DNA of 23,799 nucleotides. Origin: Planctomycetota bacterium (GTDB taxonomy: Bacteria; Planctomycetota; UBA8108; UBA1146). The translations under genes were made by a program, and so were the position numbers. Under the pieces are notes generated by a model that saw only the letters and a list, made by a program, of their open reading frames with translations, made no database searches and had not been told where the DNA came from. The stretch covers positions 1 through 23,799 of the forward strand of contig JAYZBV010000074.1 in NCBI GenBank assembly GCA_036338595.1, written 5' to 3'. This document shows positions 16,701 to 23,799 of this stretch, one piece after another. Within the stretch, counting starts at the first letter, position 1. Every line of letters starts with the position of its first letter.

Positions 16701-17886
16701 CGTACATCACAAGATGTTCACCGAGCGCCGTTCATCTGAGCAAACACTGCGACTTCATGGTCTTTCCAGTATCGAGAGAATCGCCGCACTCTATTCTCTT
16801 GCACTGGGAAAGAATGTCGCCTGGATTTTTCGCGCCAACGGCTGGCCCGTATTTGACGACAGGGTCGACCTGGGCGGATCCTCCGTCAAATTTGCCCGCA
16901 ATCATCCGAAACAACTCAATTACAATCGGCTGGATGGAACGGTGATCAACGGTTGGTGGGTGCTGGGACCGGTGGAAAAACTCGCTCGCAAGAAGGAGCA
17001 AGCGCCGGCTGCGTGGAAGAGAGTGGTCTGGCCGACAGCATTTACCGACCTCTCTGCAGGGCAGGAGCCAGGGATTCGCGACAGACGGTGGCTGTTGTTT
17101 CGACGAATCGCCGTGAGCCAGGATGTCGAAGCTCGCCTCACGGTAGCAGCAGATGTGAAGTTGCAGGTTCGCCTCAACGGCTCACCCATCGGCTTCATGG
17201 ATGCCAGTGCCCAGATGAGCCAGCCGATGCATGACGAATTGATGTTGAATCAGAAGAAGCCATTTCCGATTCAATTACTCAAGGGAGAAAACATCATCGA
17301 AGTGGCCACCACTCAACTGGTCGGCACACGCGGCTTCCGACTCGAATTGATGACTCCTGAAGGCAAACCTGTCCCCGTGGGAATCCTCGATGAAGGTCCG
17401 GAGGGAGAGGACCTGTCAGATGAGGTCGTTCGCATCGAAACGCATCAGCCGCTGGTCAATGGCGACTTCGATGCCACGGGGATGCTCGACGGCTGGATCA
17501 CGGGTGAAATAGATCCAGGAGGATCGATACGATTTTCGGCTGATACAGAGAAGCTCGTCACAGGGGATCGTGCGCTCCGTGCCGAGATTCGAGAACCTGG
17601 AGCCGGTGGCATCATCCAGCGCATCGTTGTGACTCCTGGCAAGAAGTACCGCGTGACAGCCCTGATCAAGGCCGCTGATTTCAAGGGCGAAGCCTTGATT
17701 GGATTTTTCACTGGCAGGATCGGGTCGTGGAATTCTCGATCGAAACCGCTGCGAAAAGATACCGATTGGGTTCGGATCTCATTCGACTGGATGCCAGGAA
17801 CCAGTCGAACCACATACATTGCCTGTTATCTGAAGGGACAATCCGGTACGGTCTGGTTCGATCAAATTTTGCTTGAGGAGATTTGA
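13792..17886 (+). CDS. FHA-transmembrane-zinc metallopeptidase (HExxHxxGxxH) protein with two C-terminal beta-sandwich/CBM-like domains
   Basis: N-terminal FHA (WIIGRD..ASRRH..DLGSSNGT), a basic linker and one TM (~14254-14310). Then a carboxypeptidase-regulatory-like module (VTVLDDASRPVEGARL..RTGLDG) and HELGHNIGFGHD at 16477-16512. A jelly-roll-like domain follows (WWVLGP..RLNG..LLKGENII), then a CBM4/9-like end (LVNGDFD..VTPGKKYRV..VWFDQI). Confidence 0.85.
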   Translation: MSEDAGILLRICDSAGKRNISLDGDGPWIIGRDAACEVVISDDRASRRHAVLRRSPQGLVVEDLGSSNGTRIDGRSIEGTAPFPRGSQLQFGEATIARRSGQRGPGVGRLPIKKDSSEVSPVSGDTRKSEKKSRPRSAPRPTRVQRKQESPSGNLILLGLTVIAIAFTLSQFFQPSATDTELVVNSTPGEGNPPSSQQGDDATATSVPRPDPILPVEQRDAVSDGPAVAMIRPVENGFDPDANFDIPFDEAPRPIVVDVDDQKPDAQIITESSAGAVSLRILDDAWPPSDRIIAYEFHQKDHHGGPSFIDRRGKELERRGSGNRKGYRVIALEVTNTTSSKKLVQLKTPLRKDLEMRFRIDPGRSLRRFIAIEDPGNQAILVEMFDGDGEPMDSVERVIAPGRKTESVEQALAIAMEREREEWVREQFRLRPISVTVLDDASRPVEGARLLLLSNESLAVIEGRTGLDGSWSAMVVPGSWSVIAQGEIEDDVDPDAPTAVTRLQRLFLLQDTLAASDSSLTMAPRKETVISVSDQQEKGVAIEKVWITPEPVAPAFTTERVALQVGARARLESARAVPSGRFRLLLSGLPVDVCVLCRTAENEPALLRARTGGDRDEVPILLNLSKLSRLEYSSESAFGGASDATVEVISIDGFRERFNFDTSEARRAWVMPGTYRLDVLSHLPGGKTARFLPYRTLLASGQKHDMEPRAPWTPILHYERKGKVLQMRLSISDASGRVLDGVPGKAGSLATVDRSGSILIERDLGPMRWQEPETLQRVDLDKVSIQIDVPFGDSAIRGIAQAETPITVNDAGSSATGPSIFKARMKAMMPEVARSLQGCKDHLGCADGVQRLLMDFDIFLPPGVGGLGGGGVIVLDAAVMHEYTGQGDLLPGAYIHELGHNIGFGHDPYMLLADCGVDEGIYGELGYRLLNATTFQNTIKWLLDRRSDVKAAWQPNPSVFAALRFIHGAGVHHKMFTERRSSEQTLRLHGLSSIERIAALYSLALGKNVAWIFRANGWPVFDDRVDLGGSSVKFARNHPKQLNYNRLDGTVINGWWVLGPVEKLARKKEQAPAAWKRVVWPTAFTDLSAGQEPGIRDRRWLLFRRIAVSQDVEARLTVAADVKLQVRLNGSPIGFMDASAQMSQPMHDELMLNQKKPFPIQLLKGENIIEVATTQLVGTRGFRLELMTPEGKPVPVGILDEGPEGEDLSDEVVRIETHQPLVNGDFDATGMLDGWITGEIDPGGSIRFSADTEKLVTGDRALRAEIREPGAGGIIQRIVVTPGKKYRVTALIKAADFKGEALIGFFTGRIGSWNSRSKPLRKDTDWVRISFDWMPGTSRTTYIACYLKGQSGTVWFDQILLEEI

Positions 17887-18665
17887 TGAATCAAAACGGC
17901 AACCCCTTCGAGAGCATGTGGCCACAACTCAGCGAGGTCTATCGTGCTGATGGCGTCTCTGCCTTGATCGATTTCATCCGTTCAAGAGAGCCACTGATGG
18001 AGCGCAGAGGCCTGTTTCTGATGGCAAGCCAGAGGATTTCCAGCGGTCAGGATCTATCCAGGTCCCTCGATGACATCGTGGCCATCTCGAGAGCAGCTAT
18101 CGAGGAGTTCTCCACACAGGCAGAACTTGAAACTGACCCGGACGAAAAATCGAGACGCCTCGACGGGGCCAACATACTCTCCTACAACCTCGCTGCTGAC
18201 CTCGCACCCTGCTGGCCCGAAGATGACGAACCCCGAACGCTGGAACATTACCAGGAGGGAATCCGCTGTGCCGATGATTGCCTGCGTTGGCGAGAGGAAC
18301 TGAACAAGGGGCCAGTACCCTTCAGCATGGCCTGGTGGGCGATGGGTGCCCACCGCTGCGGGTTGTCGGACTGGAGTGGAGCATCGGAAGCGTTCGAGAT
18401 GTCGCTGGAGGCAGCCAAGCAATCCGCCAGGGAATCTGATGAAAGTACTGAAGCGGGCCCGCAATCTTCATTTTCCATCAACATCGCCACTGGCTGGCTT
18501 GAATTCGCGCGCTGGCGAAGTGGCGACACGAGTTCCTACGATCGATTCCTGAAGGTGATCGGTGCCTTCACTCAGATCGTCAAGCAAGGAGAAAAAGAGC
18601 ACGGCGATGCCCTGCTTGGCATCCAGCAGCTGGAAACCGCCGCCAGGCGACTGACTGCAAACTAG
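17886..18665 (+). CDS. Hypothetical alpha-helical (TPR-like) cytoplasmic protein
   Basis: ORF of about 259 aa whose ATG overlaps the upstream stop (TGATG). Amphipathic helices such as SMAWWAMGAHRCGLSDWSGASEAFEMSLEAA. No signal peptide; family not recognised. Confidence 0.75.
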   Translation: MNQNGNPFESMWPQLSEVYRADGVSALIDFIRSREPLMERRGLFLMASQRISSGQDLSRSLDDIVAISRAAIEEFSTQAELETDPDEKSRRLDGANILSYNLAADLAPCWPEDDEPRTLEHYQEGIRCADDCLRWREELNKGPVPFSMAWWAMGAHRCGLSDWSGASEAFEMSLEAAKQSARESDESTEAGPQSSFSINIATGWLEFARWRSGDTSSYDRFLKVIGAFTQIVKQGEKEHGDALLGIQQLETAARRLTAN

Positions 18666-18676
18666 TCACAAGACCT

Positions 18677-19435
18677 GTGAACAACCGCCGCTACCCTCGC
18701 CTTGAAATTCTCCACGACGACGACTCCTTCTGTGCTGTTTCAAAGCCAGCAGGCTACTCGACAGTCAGCGAACGATGGGACCACGATCGGATCTGTCTCA
18801 TCGACCTTCTCTGGTCTCACTGGAAGCAATCGGACTCCGAGTCTCCCAGGCCACATGTTGTCCACCGCCTCGACAAGGAGACAACCGGGGTCATCCTGTT
18901 CGCCAGAAATGCAGATGCACAATCGAAGTTGAGAAATCAGTTCATGGAACGTGAAGTGATGAAAAGTTACGGGGCGCTGGTCAAGGATCTACCGGATCCA
19001 CCCCGGGGAACCAGTGTCTTTCAGGTTGCCGAAAATCCCGCTCGCCCCGGATCGATGAGATTTCAATCCAACGGCAAGGAGTGCATCACCGAGTATCAGG
19101 TTTTGGAAGCGTATCGAGATCACTGCTGGGTCGAAGCACGGCCGAAGACGGGAAGAACCCACCAGGTCCGGATGGCGATGGCGAAGCTGGGAACTCCATG
19201 CATCTGCGATCCTCTGTATGGAGATGGGCAACCACTGTTTCTTTCCTCATTCAAGAGAGGTTACCGAAAGGGACGAGACGCCGAGGAGAGGCCACTGCTG
19301 GGCCGTCTCGGCCTTCACGCACTCTCGATCACGGTGCGTCACCCGGTCACCGACGATCCGATGACGATATCGTCCTCGCCACCCAAGGACCTGTCGGCAG
19401 CCTTGCGCCAATTGCGCCGCTGGTCACGAGCCTGA
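18677..19435 (+). CDS. RluA-family RNA pseudouridine synthase (no S4 domain)
   Basis: Motifs VSKPAG, VHRLDKETTGVILFA (catalytic Asp), KSYGALV, PKTGRTHQVR, DPLYG and LHA. Confidence 0.95.
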   Translation: MNNRRYPRLEILHDDDSFCAVSKPAGYSTVSERWDHDRICLIDLLWSHWKQSDSESPRPHVVHRLDKETTGVILFARNADAQSKLRNQFMEREVMKSYGALVKDLPDPPRGTSVFQVAENPARPGSMRFQSNGKECITEYQVLEAYRDHCWVEARPKTGRTHQVRMAMAKLGTPCICDPLYGDGQPLFLSSFKRGYRKGRDAEERPLLGRLGLHALSITVRHPVTDDPMTISSSPPKDLSAALRQLRRWSRA

Positions 19436-19499
19436 ATCTGTACCGTTGACCGTCACGTCGTGGCGAGTTATTCCTCCTGCACAGGAGAGGGGCCACCGG

Positions 19500-20114
19500 T
19501 TGGAATCAAAGCAGCAGCAACCGATCACGGATTGCGTGATTCTGGCAGGCGGCTCGGGGGTTCGCATGGGAGGTCCCAAGGCCCTCCTCGAGATGGGGGG
19601 AGAAACGCTTCTGAAGCACCAGTTCGAGTCGCTTTCGGCTCTATTCCCCCGCACATCCATCTCCCTCAAGAATGACCAACTGATCGATCAGCTCGACCCA
19701 CTTAACTGGCACCAGGTCCTGATCGATCCCCCGGATAGCCGCAGCCTGCTCGATGTTCTCGGCTCCATCATCACACGAGTGAATGGCCCTGTTTTCATCG
19801 CAGCGGTGGATCTGCCGCAACTCACCAGGTCGATAGTGACCACCATCTGTTCTCATCACAGCTCCGGGATCTCGGTGATTCCGATCGACCAGGACCGCCC
19901 CCAGCCACTGGCTGCGGTGTGGGACCCTGCGGCACTGGAAGTGCTCGAGCCGGATGACGGAGACCTTGCGTTGCTCGCCTGGGTCAGAAGAGCCCGGACA
20001 CGGCTCCTCCGGTGGCCTGTAGATTTCCCGCAGCAACCAGATGATTCGCCGTCTCGACCCTTCCAGAATCTCAACTCGCCAGCAGACCTGGACTCACTGG
20101 AGACCGATTCTTGA
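19500..20114 (+). CDS. mobA: MobA-like molybdenum cofactor guanylyltransferase / NTP transferase
   Basis: Motifs VILAGGSGVRMGGPKALL, AVDLP, QPLAAVW and FQNLNSPADL, in the same operon as moeA. TTG 19500 has GGAGAGGGG upstream; the track start is 19446. MobA and MocA cannot be firmly distinguished by eye. Confidence 0.75.
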   Translation: MESKQQQPITDCVILAGGSGVRMGGPKALLEMGGETLLKHQFESLSALFPRTSISLKNDQLIDQLDPLNWHQVLIDPPDSRSLLDVLGSIITRVNGPVFIAAVDLPQLTRSIVTTICSHHSSGISVIPIDQDRPQPLAAVWDPAALEVLEPDDGDLALLAWVRRARTRLLRWPVDFPQQPDDSPSRPFQNLNSPADLDSLETDS

Positions 20115-21808
20115 CACCTGCACCGGTACCCGCCCGATCCCGGCTGATGGCACTGCAAAAGCAGCTCTCCGACGAAACTCGCAGTGAGATCGACGCTTCG
20201 ATCATTGACCCTTCCGGTGCCCTACCTCGCTGGCGAGCGACCTACCAGAAGGCAACCGAGGGGCCCATCACTCCCATCTCCATCGATCAACTCGTCAACG
20301 AACTCTCCGACTCCGATGTGGTTCATTTCGGTGATTACCACACCCTCAGGGAATCCCAGAAGGGTCCGCTGAGAGTGATCGAGAAGTTGCTCGAAGGGGG
20401 CACCAGGGTCGTTCTCGCAACCGAGGCCTTCCACATCGATTCTCAGGATGTGATCGACCGCTGGTGGAATCGTGAGATCGATGAAGAGCAACTGCTCTCA
20501 GAATCCAGCTGGGAGCAGAGGTGGGGATTCCCCTGGCGAAATTACTCGATGCAGATGGAGTTCTTCCGCGACAGAGGGCTTCCGATCATCTCGCTCAATT
20601 CCGAGCCCACCGTCGTCGGTGATTCCTTCGAGGCACGTGAAAAGATCGCAGCGATGAGGATCGTCGAGGCCCTCAGGGATCACGAGGGTGCTCTTCTCGC
20701 GGTGATCTTCGGAGATCTACATGTGGCGGCACAACATCTTCCCAGCAGTGTCAGCGACATGGCGAATCGCGCAGGCCATCGAGTTCCGAAGCAGGCAACC
20801 GTCTTTCAGAACATCGATCGAATTTACTGGGAACTCGCATCTCAGGGTCTCGAACAGCAGGTCTCCGCAGTTCGAATCGGCGACGACCGATACTGCATGG
20901 TCAACACGACGCCCCTGGTCAAGCACCAGTCGTACCTCAACTGGCAATTGAATGAGGATGTCCTCGAAGAGTCGAAGGGGTTGCAGCAACTTCCTGCCAT
21001 CTCATCCTCGATCATGTCGGACCAGGTCTGGATGTTGATCGAAACGATCTGCGGATACCTTGAAATCCCGACCGATGGACTCGATGGATACACGGTTCAT
21101 ACGGGACGTAACCTCGACCTGCTGGACAATCTCAGAACAGCTCACAAACTCGACGATTTGCAGATGGATCTTGTCAATGCCCAGCTGCAACGAGAAGAAT
21201 CCTGTTATCTCTCTCAGGTTCAGATCATCGTTCTCGGCAATCTCTCCATCCGGCATGCAGCAGAGGAAGCTGCCCATCACATCAATTCAGTACTCTGTGC
21301 GGATTCAGGGCGAGCCAATGACCCCATCGAACATTTCTATGAAATCGCCATGCGGGAAGCCATCGGTTACATCGGGACCAAGATCATCGATCACAAGCGA
21401 AGTTGCCTGGATGTCGAGCAACTCGAATCACTCGCAAGAGAACTGGAAGCCGATGCTCAGGATCCGCTGCTGTCTGCGACCCTATTGACGGTGCGAGACA
21501 CCCTGGGGCACATCGAAGCCGAAACCAGCTGGCTCTCTGGACACGGGAACCTCCCTGCCACTCAGTTGATAGCCAACCGAGACCCCGACATTTCATCTGG
21601 AACCGCACACGCCATCGGTTATCGAATGGGCGAGAAGATATACACCGGAATGGTCGAAGGCAGGATCAAGCGCAAGCAGGTGAGACAACTATTTGAAACT
21701 TCGCTGAGAGGATCGAGCGACACTAGCCAACTCACCTGGTTTGACTGGGCAAAACGAAGTTACGTCGCCGGATCTTCCTCATCATCGGACAACTCCAGCC
21801 GAGGATAG
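20111..21808 (+). CDS. ChaN/EreA-fold domain protein with a C-terminal domain of unknown function
   Basis: DVVHFGDYHT, VVLATEAF..DSQDVIDRW, W.FPWRNY, LPIISLN, RE..AA..I and IFGDLHV follow the ChaN-like (Cofac_haem_bdg) pattern. No lipoprotein signal. TTGA overlap with the mobA stop; alternative start ATG 20147. Confidence 0.7.
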   Translation: MTPAPVPARSRLMALQKQLSDETRSEIDASIIDPSGALPRWRATYQKATEGPITPISIDQLVNELSDSDVVHFGDYHTLRESQKGPLRVIEKLLEGGTRVVLATEAFHIDSQDVIDRWWNREIDEEQLLSESSWEQRWGFPWRNYSMQMEFFRDRGLPIISLNSEPTVVGDSFEAREKIAAMRIVEALRDHEGALLAVIFGDLHVAAQHLPSSVSDMANRAGHRVPKQATVFQNIDRIYWELASQGLEQQVSAVRIGDDRYCMVNTTPLVKHQSYLNWQLNEDVLEESKGLQQLPAISSSIMSDQVWMLIETICGYLEIPTDGLDGYTVHTGRNLDLLDNLRTAHKLDDLQMDLVNAQLQREESCYLSQVQIIVLGNLSIRHAAEEAAHHINSVLCADSGRANDPIEHFYEIAMREAIGYIGTKIIDHKRSCLDVEQLESLARELEADAQDPLLSATLLTVRDTLGHIEAETSWLSGHGNLPATQLIANRDPDISSGTAHAIGYRMGEKIYTGMVEGRIKRKQVRQLFETSLRGSSDTSQLTWFDWAKRSYVAGSSSSSDNSSRG

Positions 21809-23433
21809 AGGATCCCGGGGCTCGCCACCTCTGCGCCGGCTTGCAACACCCGTTGTTCTCCAAGACAGCTGACACATTCACCAGCAGGAGGTGCCGCTTT
21901 TTCGAAGGCCGCTGCCAATTTGCTCGCACTGTCTGGCAAAAATGGCAGTAGCAGCACCGCCACTGCATGGACCAACTCGAGCAAAGCTGCGAGGTCGGCG
22001 CCGCAAGCGACCGGGTCTTCTTTCCTGCTCTTCCATGGTTGGGCCGCATCGAAGATGCGGTTGCCGTTCCTTGCCAGAGTCACGACCGTGTCGAGGGCTT
22101 CGCGAAATCTCTTTCGTTCGAGAGCGCTTGCCCAACCCTTGCGTGCATTCTCAATCACCTGCAGAACTTCAGTCTCGAAGGGAGAGCTTGCTGCTCCTTC
22201 AGGTACTTTCGACTCGTAGTTCTTCTCTGTAAAAGTGAACACTCGATGAGCGAAATTTCCGATTACATCGGAGAGTTCGTCATTGTTTCTCTGGATGAAA
22301 TCTTCCCAGGTGAAGGCAGTGTCCTTCCCCTCGGGTGCGATGGCCGTCAAGTAGTAACGAACCCGGTCGGTGTCGAATTTCTCCAGGATCTGTTCTGCTG
22401 TCACACCCACGCCCCTCGACTTCGAGAACTTCTCTCCCTTGAAGTTGAGGAATTCGTTGGCCGGGATATTTGCTGGCAACTGGAATTCCTCCTGGCCCAT
22501 CAACATCGCTGGCCAGATCACCGCATGGAACAGGATGTTGTCCTTCCCCAGGAAATGGACGATCTCCACATCTTCGTCGCTCCACCACGATCGCCACTCA
22601 TCTTCCCTGCCCCTGGCCTTGAACATCTCTCGGGTGAAGGAGATGTAGCCGATCGGTGCATCAAACCAGACATAGAGCACCTTTTCGCCCGCCTCTTCCA
22701 GTGGCACGGGCACTCCCCACTCGAGATCGCGTGTGATGCTCCTGGCTGGAAGTCCTGTCTTCACGATCGCTCGGGAGAAGTTGCGAACATTGTCACGCCA
22801 GCCCTCACGACTACCGAGCCACTCCTCGAGACGATCCTCGTAGCGATCGAGTCGGAAGAACCAGTGCTTCGTCGGAGTGAGTTGAGGGCTTGCTCCACAA
22901 TTTGCACAGGTCGGGTCGATCAGTTGATCCTGTTCAAATCCGCCGCCACAGGAATCGCATTGATCACCTCTGGCATTACTGGCTCCACACAGTGGGCAGG
23001 TTCCCTCGACATAGCGATCCGGCAAGAACATCTCGCAGCCTGCGCAACGGAATTGATCGGAGACTCGTTCCTCGATATCCCCGCATTCCTTGATCTTGAG
23101 AAAAAACTCCTGGGCCAGTTCGTAGTGGCCTTCGCAGGTGGACGTACCGCTGTAGTGATCGAACTCGATGGCGAGAGAGGAAAAGACTTGCTCCTGGATG
23201 GTGCGGTATCGTTTCACTACCTGCTGCGGAGTGCTGTTTTCTTTCTGCGCGGAGATGGTGATGGCAGCACCATGATCATCGCTGCCGCAGATGAAAATCG
23301 TCTCGACTCCGGTCAGCCGCAGATACCGATTGTAGCTGTCGGCAGGAAGATAGACTCCCGCGACATGGCCGAGATGAGGATGGTTATTGGCGTACGGCAA
23401 TGCCGCCGTGATGAGAACTCTGCGCGAATTCAT
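21760..23433 (-). CDS. metG: Methionine--tRNA ligase (MetRS2-like, no C-terminal tRNA-binding domain)
   Basis: ITAALPYAN..HLGH (HIGH), GSDDHG, four CxxC pairs, SITRDLEWGVPVP, YVWFDAPIGY, GKDNILFH, KFSKSRG (KMSKS) and an anticodon domain with QPW. 557 aa. Confidence 0.97.
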   Translation of the reverse strand: MNSRRVLITAALPYANNHPHLGHVAGVYLPADSYNRYLRLTGVETIFICGSDDHGAAITISAQKENSTPQQVVKRYRTIQEQVFSSLAIEFDHYSGTSTCEGHYELAQEFFLKIKECGDIEERVSDQFRCAGCEMFLPDRYVEGTCPLCGASNARGDQCDSCGGGFEQDQLIDPTCANCGASPQLTPTKHWFFRLDRYEDRLEEWLGSREGWRDNVRNFSRAIVKTGLPARSITRDLEWGVPVPLEEAGEKVLYVWFDAPIGYISFTREMFKARGREDEWRSWWSDEDVEIVHFLGKDNILFHAVIWPAMLMGQEEFQLPANIPANEFLNFKGEKFSKSRGVGVTAEQILEKFDTDRVRYYLTAIAPEGKDTAFTWEDFIQRNNDELSDVIGNFAHRVFTFTEKNYESKVPEGAASSPFETEVLQVIENARKGWASALERKRFREALDTVVTLARNGNRIFDAAQPWKSRKEDPVACGADLAALLELVHAVAVLLLPFLPDSASKLAAAFEKAAPPAGECVSCLGEQRVLQAGAEVASPGILYPRLELSDDEEDPAT

Positions 23434-23457
23434 CGGTCTATCCCCCAGGGAGATCCC

Positions 23458-23799
23458 TCATTCTGCCGGATTGCCTGAAGCCTGATCGGCGGCCGCTTGT
23501 TGCGCGGCAGCCTGAGCGGTCTGGGTATACGCCATCTGCAAATCCCTCAGCAGGTCGCGGATCATCTTGTCCTCTTCAGGGTCTCGATTCCCCGCAGTTT
23601 TCTTTTCCAGGACAGCCAGCAGGTTGATGGTTTCCTTGGCAAGGTCGAGATCCAGCATCCGCTCGCCACTCCTGGGATCAGGAATCTGTCCCAGTGCCAT
23701 CAATGCAGGGTAGGCGATCTGCTGGACGAGGGCTGGAAACATCGGATCCGCCTCTGGCGAGGAGCCGTCCCCGGCTCCTGCCGCAGACTCTGGACTGCC
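23458..23799 (-). CDS. DUF1844 domain protein (5' end probably outside the window)
   Basis: F..LV..IA..ALMALGQIPDP..G...LDLDLAKETINLL.VL.KKT.GN...EE...I...L..LQM.Y matches my recollection of DUF1844. The frame stays open upstream of ATG 23742 to the window edge (GSPESAAGAGDGSSPEADPM). Confidence 0.85.
   Translation of the reverse strand, partial: GSPESAAGAGDGSSPEADPMFPALVQQIAYPALMALGQIPDPRSGERMLDLDLAKETINLLAVLEKKTAGNRDPEEDKMIRDLLRDLQMAYTQTAQAAAQQAAADQASGNPAE

Noticed and set aside
21967..23478. 503-aa antisense ORF exactly in register with metG
   Set aside because: In-register antisense ORFs arise when a GC-rich gene avoids TTA, CTA and TCA codons. The product has no recognisable motifs, including class II synthetase motifs. 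The same applies to 5249-6274 and the other nested ORFs.
1..23799. Apparent abundance of ATCGAT/TCGA/GATC words
   Set aside because: Plausibly explained by frequent ATC/GTC/CTC-GAN codon pairs. I cannot compute a codon-corrected enrichment, so I make no claim.

Overview
A GC-rich, gene-dense stretch of bacterial chromosome, probably from an uncultured Planctomycetota-type genome (inferred from the dockerin-like C-terminal module, DCNxNGIPDxC repeats and FHA/kinase content). Housekeeping genes are mutS, cutA, moeA, an RluA-family pseudouridine synthase, a mobA-like gene, metG and a partial DUF1844 gene. There are also two large secreted proteins: a Cys/Asp-rich repeat protein that the ORF track missed, and a protein with three proprotein-convertase P-domains, Ig/Fn3-like modules and a dockerin-like end but no protease domain. 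The most unusual element is an FHA Ser/Thr kinase whose catalytic domain is split between the catalytic loop (HADLKPGN) and DFG by about 420 aa resembling a degenerate STAND NTPase/winged-helix/TPR module. The divergent operon encodes a 1364-aa FHA-TM-zinc metallopeptidase-carbohydrate-binding protein. Together they may form an undescribed transmembrane phospho-signalling/proteolysis system, but that link is an inference. I saw no rRNA, tRNA, CRISPR array or mobile element. All domain calls come from reading motifs by eye; no searches were run.
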